Source: Chiloscyllium plagiosum (lineage: Eukaryota). Taken from it: a stretch of DNA of 64,000 nt. The translations under genes and the position numbers were made by a program. Positions 61,045-64,000 of the stretch are shown here, in pieces; position 1 is the stretch's first letter, and each line of letters opens with the position of its first letter. Location of the stretch: NCBI RefSeq assembly GCF_004010195.1, contig NC_057720.1:11025181-11089180 (forward strand). The letters are read 5' to 3'. Under the pieces are notes generated by a model. The model did no database searches. It had not been told where the DNA came from and worked only from the letters and a program-made list of their open reading frames with translations.

Positions 61045-62189
61045 TTGTATTGGCTATGGCTAGGGACTGCTAAGATACTTTCTAACCCAACGATTCAGAG
61101 ATGTTATCACACAACTCTGGTAGAACTTGAACCCAGGCCCTCTATATCAGATGGACAGACACTACTACCGCACTACAAGAGCTGTTTGGGGACTGCTTGA
61201 TATTTTACAATCAAACTACGCACAGATGTTACTAAACACCTTGACAACAGGTAGGACTTGAACCCTGGTCTCCTGCATCAGAAGCAGGGACACTACCACT
61301 GCATCACAAGAGTTGTTTGTGGATTGCTATTAAGTGATCTTGAATTTGATTCCTGCTGCAGCACGTTCTGGGATAACTGAATTAACTAACTGAATTAAAT
61401 AGTGGTCTTACACCAAGGAGTTTTTTAAATGTATATTCATGGGTCGGGAGCTTTGTTGGCTGTGCATCTGAAGTCGCATGTAGGCCAGACCAGATAAGGA
61501 TGGCAATTTCCTTCCCTGAAGGACTTTAGTGAACTAGATGGGCTTATCCAACAATCTACAATTGATTTATGATCATCATTACCCTCTTAACCCTAGATTT
61601 TTCAATTTGCTTATTGGATTCAAACTCCACCATCCATCATGGCAGTATTCAAACTGTGGTTTCCAGAATTAACAATTCAGTGATAATACCACTAGTCCAT
61701 TACCAACAACTGGTTCACTCATGGCCTACGGAAAGGAAACATGCTACTACTGGCAAACATATGTCCCTGCTACCTTTACCTACAGGAAATGTAGTCAGTT
61801 CCACAGAATGTAAATCATTCTCAAAAACATCTGAACTAATGTAACAAACCTTTCCATTGTAAGAATTGCTCAGGATAGCATGCCCCCAGACTGAGTTCTA
61901 ATGCATAAGATGTTCTCCAATATGTTGAAAATATTTCATAGCTATTGGATCCTTTCCATATTTGTATTGGCTATGGTTAGGACTGCTAAGATACTTTCTG
62001 ACCCAACTATTCAGAGATGTATTACACACCTCTGGTAGCATTTGAACCTAGGCCCTCTATATCAGATGTACTACCACCGCACCACAAGAGCTGTTTGGGG
62101 ACTGCTTGATATTTTCCAATCAAACTGTGCTGAGATGTTACTACACACTTTGACAGCTGGTGGGACCTGAACCCTGGTCTCCTATATCA
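61045..62189. repeat. ~235-bp dispersed direct repeat (61045-61280 and 61962-62189), each with two short tRNA-derived units
   Basis: ttgtattggctatgg..gactgctaagatactttct..cagagatgt..ctctggtag..ttgaaccc occurs twice. Confidence 0.8.
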
Positions 62190-62647
62190 ACAGTGAATAA
62201 ACCAAAATTGTCCATCATTTTGATGAAACTCTCTGTTGCTTAGAAGATTATATCTTGTTATGATCCCAGATGGTGGTAATATTGGATAACTCAGGTTTCA
62301 GAATGAAACCTGGCCTTATAGATCGTAAGTTTATTTTTCAAAATTTAGTACAGTGTGGAGGTCACTAACTGAATATATTTACAATTGTGTCTTAATATAC
62401 TTTTAAGAAAAGAACATAGCTTTTTGTTGTAATAAATTTATGTAACAAAATATTACATGAACATCAAGAGTGAAACTTCAATTTTATTTTTCCCAGCAAT
62501 ATCCCTTACAGGCACGCAACCCCAACTTCATATTTTGGTTACATATTCAATTTGAGGTTGCAAGCATTTCCCTTTGGCGACTTCCTATACATTCACCAGA
62601 TGGATTCTTCCTGTCACTGTCAGGGACACACACACATTCCTAATAAA

Positions 62648-63072
62648 TTGGAGATGCCGATGTTGGACTGGGGTGTACAAAGTTAAACATCACACAACAC
62701 CAGGTTTATAGTCCAACAGGTTTAATTGGAAGCACACTAGCTTTCGAAGGGACGCTCTTTCGTCAGGTGATAGTGGAGGGCTCGATCGTAACACAGAATT
62801 TATAGCAAAGGTTTGCAGTGTGATGCAACTGAAATTATACATTGAAGAAATGATTGTCTGTTAAGCCTTTCATCTGTTAGAATACAGTGATAGTTTCACT
62901 TCTTTCATGTGTAAATCACAAAACCTTTTTTTTCATCACACTGCAAATGTTTGCTCTAAATTCTGTGTTATAATCGAGCCCTCCACAATCACCTGATGAA
63001 GGAGCGTCGCTCCAAAAGCTAGTGTGCTTCCAATTAAACCTGTTGGACTATAACCTGGTGTGTGATTTTTAA
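62648..63072. mobile_element. Long family B fold-back with two damaged hammerheads; followed by a family A stub (63077-63280)
   Basis: Arms ~62681-62825 and ~62935-63072; + core CUGAUGA-A-GGAGC(GUC)GCUCC-AAAA-GCUA (G12 lost). Confidence 0.85.
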
Positions 63073-63106
63073 ATCCCTAATGAAGGGCTTTTGCTCGAAA
63101 GGCCGA

Positions 63107-63183
63107 TTTATTTTTATTTTTTTATTTTTATTTTTATTTTTATTTTTTTATTTTTATTTTTATTTATTTATTTTTTTTATTTT
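63107..63183. repeat. (TTTTTA)n-like microsatellite expanded inside a family A stub
   Basis: Direct read. Confidence 0.9.
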
Positions 63184-63679
63184 CCTGCACCTCGGATGCT
63201 ACCTGACCTGCTGTGCCTTTCCAGCACCACTCCAATCTTGATTCTGATCTCCAGCATCTGCAGTCCTCACTTTTGCCCACACGCACACACCATCTAACTC
63301 ATTGACTTTTCTCACGGAACTTGAAGAAAGGCTTGGGGCTTCTTTCAGTCCTGCCTACTTGGACTGCTAGAACTGTTGAAGACATCTTTCCAGCTCTGAT
63401 GGGCTGAAGACAGCTTCTTTCTGCTGGCCTGGGTCTTCTAAATAGACCGTGTTTCTAGTCTCTGGCCCACCTTTCTGCAAGTCACAAGGAAACTCCAATT
63501 TTAGAAAACACTTCAACAATTATTTTGCCAGATAGTATATCTGGTCATTTAGCTTAATTCACGTTTTTTTTGATGAACAAAACCAAAACTCCATTCACTT
63601 TTGCTTTAGAATACAAGCTCCTAAATAAAAACAATTGATTATAAACTTTCATTGCAATATCATTATAAGAATGGAACTT

Positions 63680-64000
63680 AGAGTCATAGAGATGTTCAGC
63701 ATGGAAACAGACCCTTTAGTCCAACTCGTCCATGCCGATCAGATATCCTAAATTTAATCTAATCCCATTTGCCAGCATGTGGTCCATATCCTTCTAAACC
63801 CCTTCTATTCATATATCCATCCTGATGCCTTTTAAATGTTGTAATTGTACCAATCTCCACCACTTCCTCTGGCAGCTCATTCCATACATACACCACCCTC
63901 TGTGTGAAATATTTTCACCTTAGCTCTCTTTTAAATCTTTCCCCTCTCACCCTAAACCTATGCCCTTTAGTTCTAGACTCCCCTACCCTGGGGAAAAGGC
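63680..64000 (-). mobile_element. CR1 3' end (runs off the window)
   Basis: Closely similar to 35508-35820(-). Confidence 0.9.

Overview
This is repeat-dense vertebrate genomic DNA, almost certainly from a cartilaginous fish. The repeat repertoire (HE1-type SINEs, CR1/HER1 LINEs, Deu-domain SINEs, Penelope-like elements) points to a shark; this is inference. There are three assembly gaps, each inside a young CR1. Host genes, both on the + strand: (1) the last coding exon of an ODF2/ODF2L-family gene (2108-2278); (2) the 5' part of an ST6GALNAC3-like sialyltransferase, with a promoter and 18-nt coding exon 1 at 16492-16509, a ~40.5-kb intron, and exon 2 at 56991-57200. The most striking non-genic signal is a dense population of Penelope-like element (PLE) derivatives from at least five sequence families. 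Most are 40-450 bp non-coding fold-backs or stubs with 10-15 bp target-site duplications (TSDs), built around a minimal type I hammerhead ribozyme core (CUGANGA-stem II-GAAA-NN-UH). About a dozen cores are intact or nearly intact. One family appears to carry the compensatory U3-A8 core variant, several families place a TATA box ~35 nt upstream of the ribozyme, and one 38-bp insertion is essentially the bare ribozyme between a 74-bp duplication. A 1.15-kb quasi-palindrome lies between the two genes. All calls were made by eye; repeat boundaries are approximate to tens of bp, and gene identities rest on recalled protein sequences.
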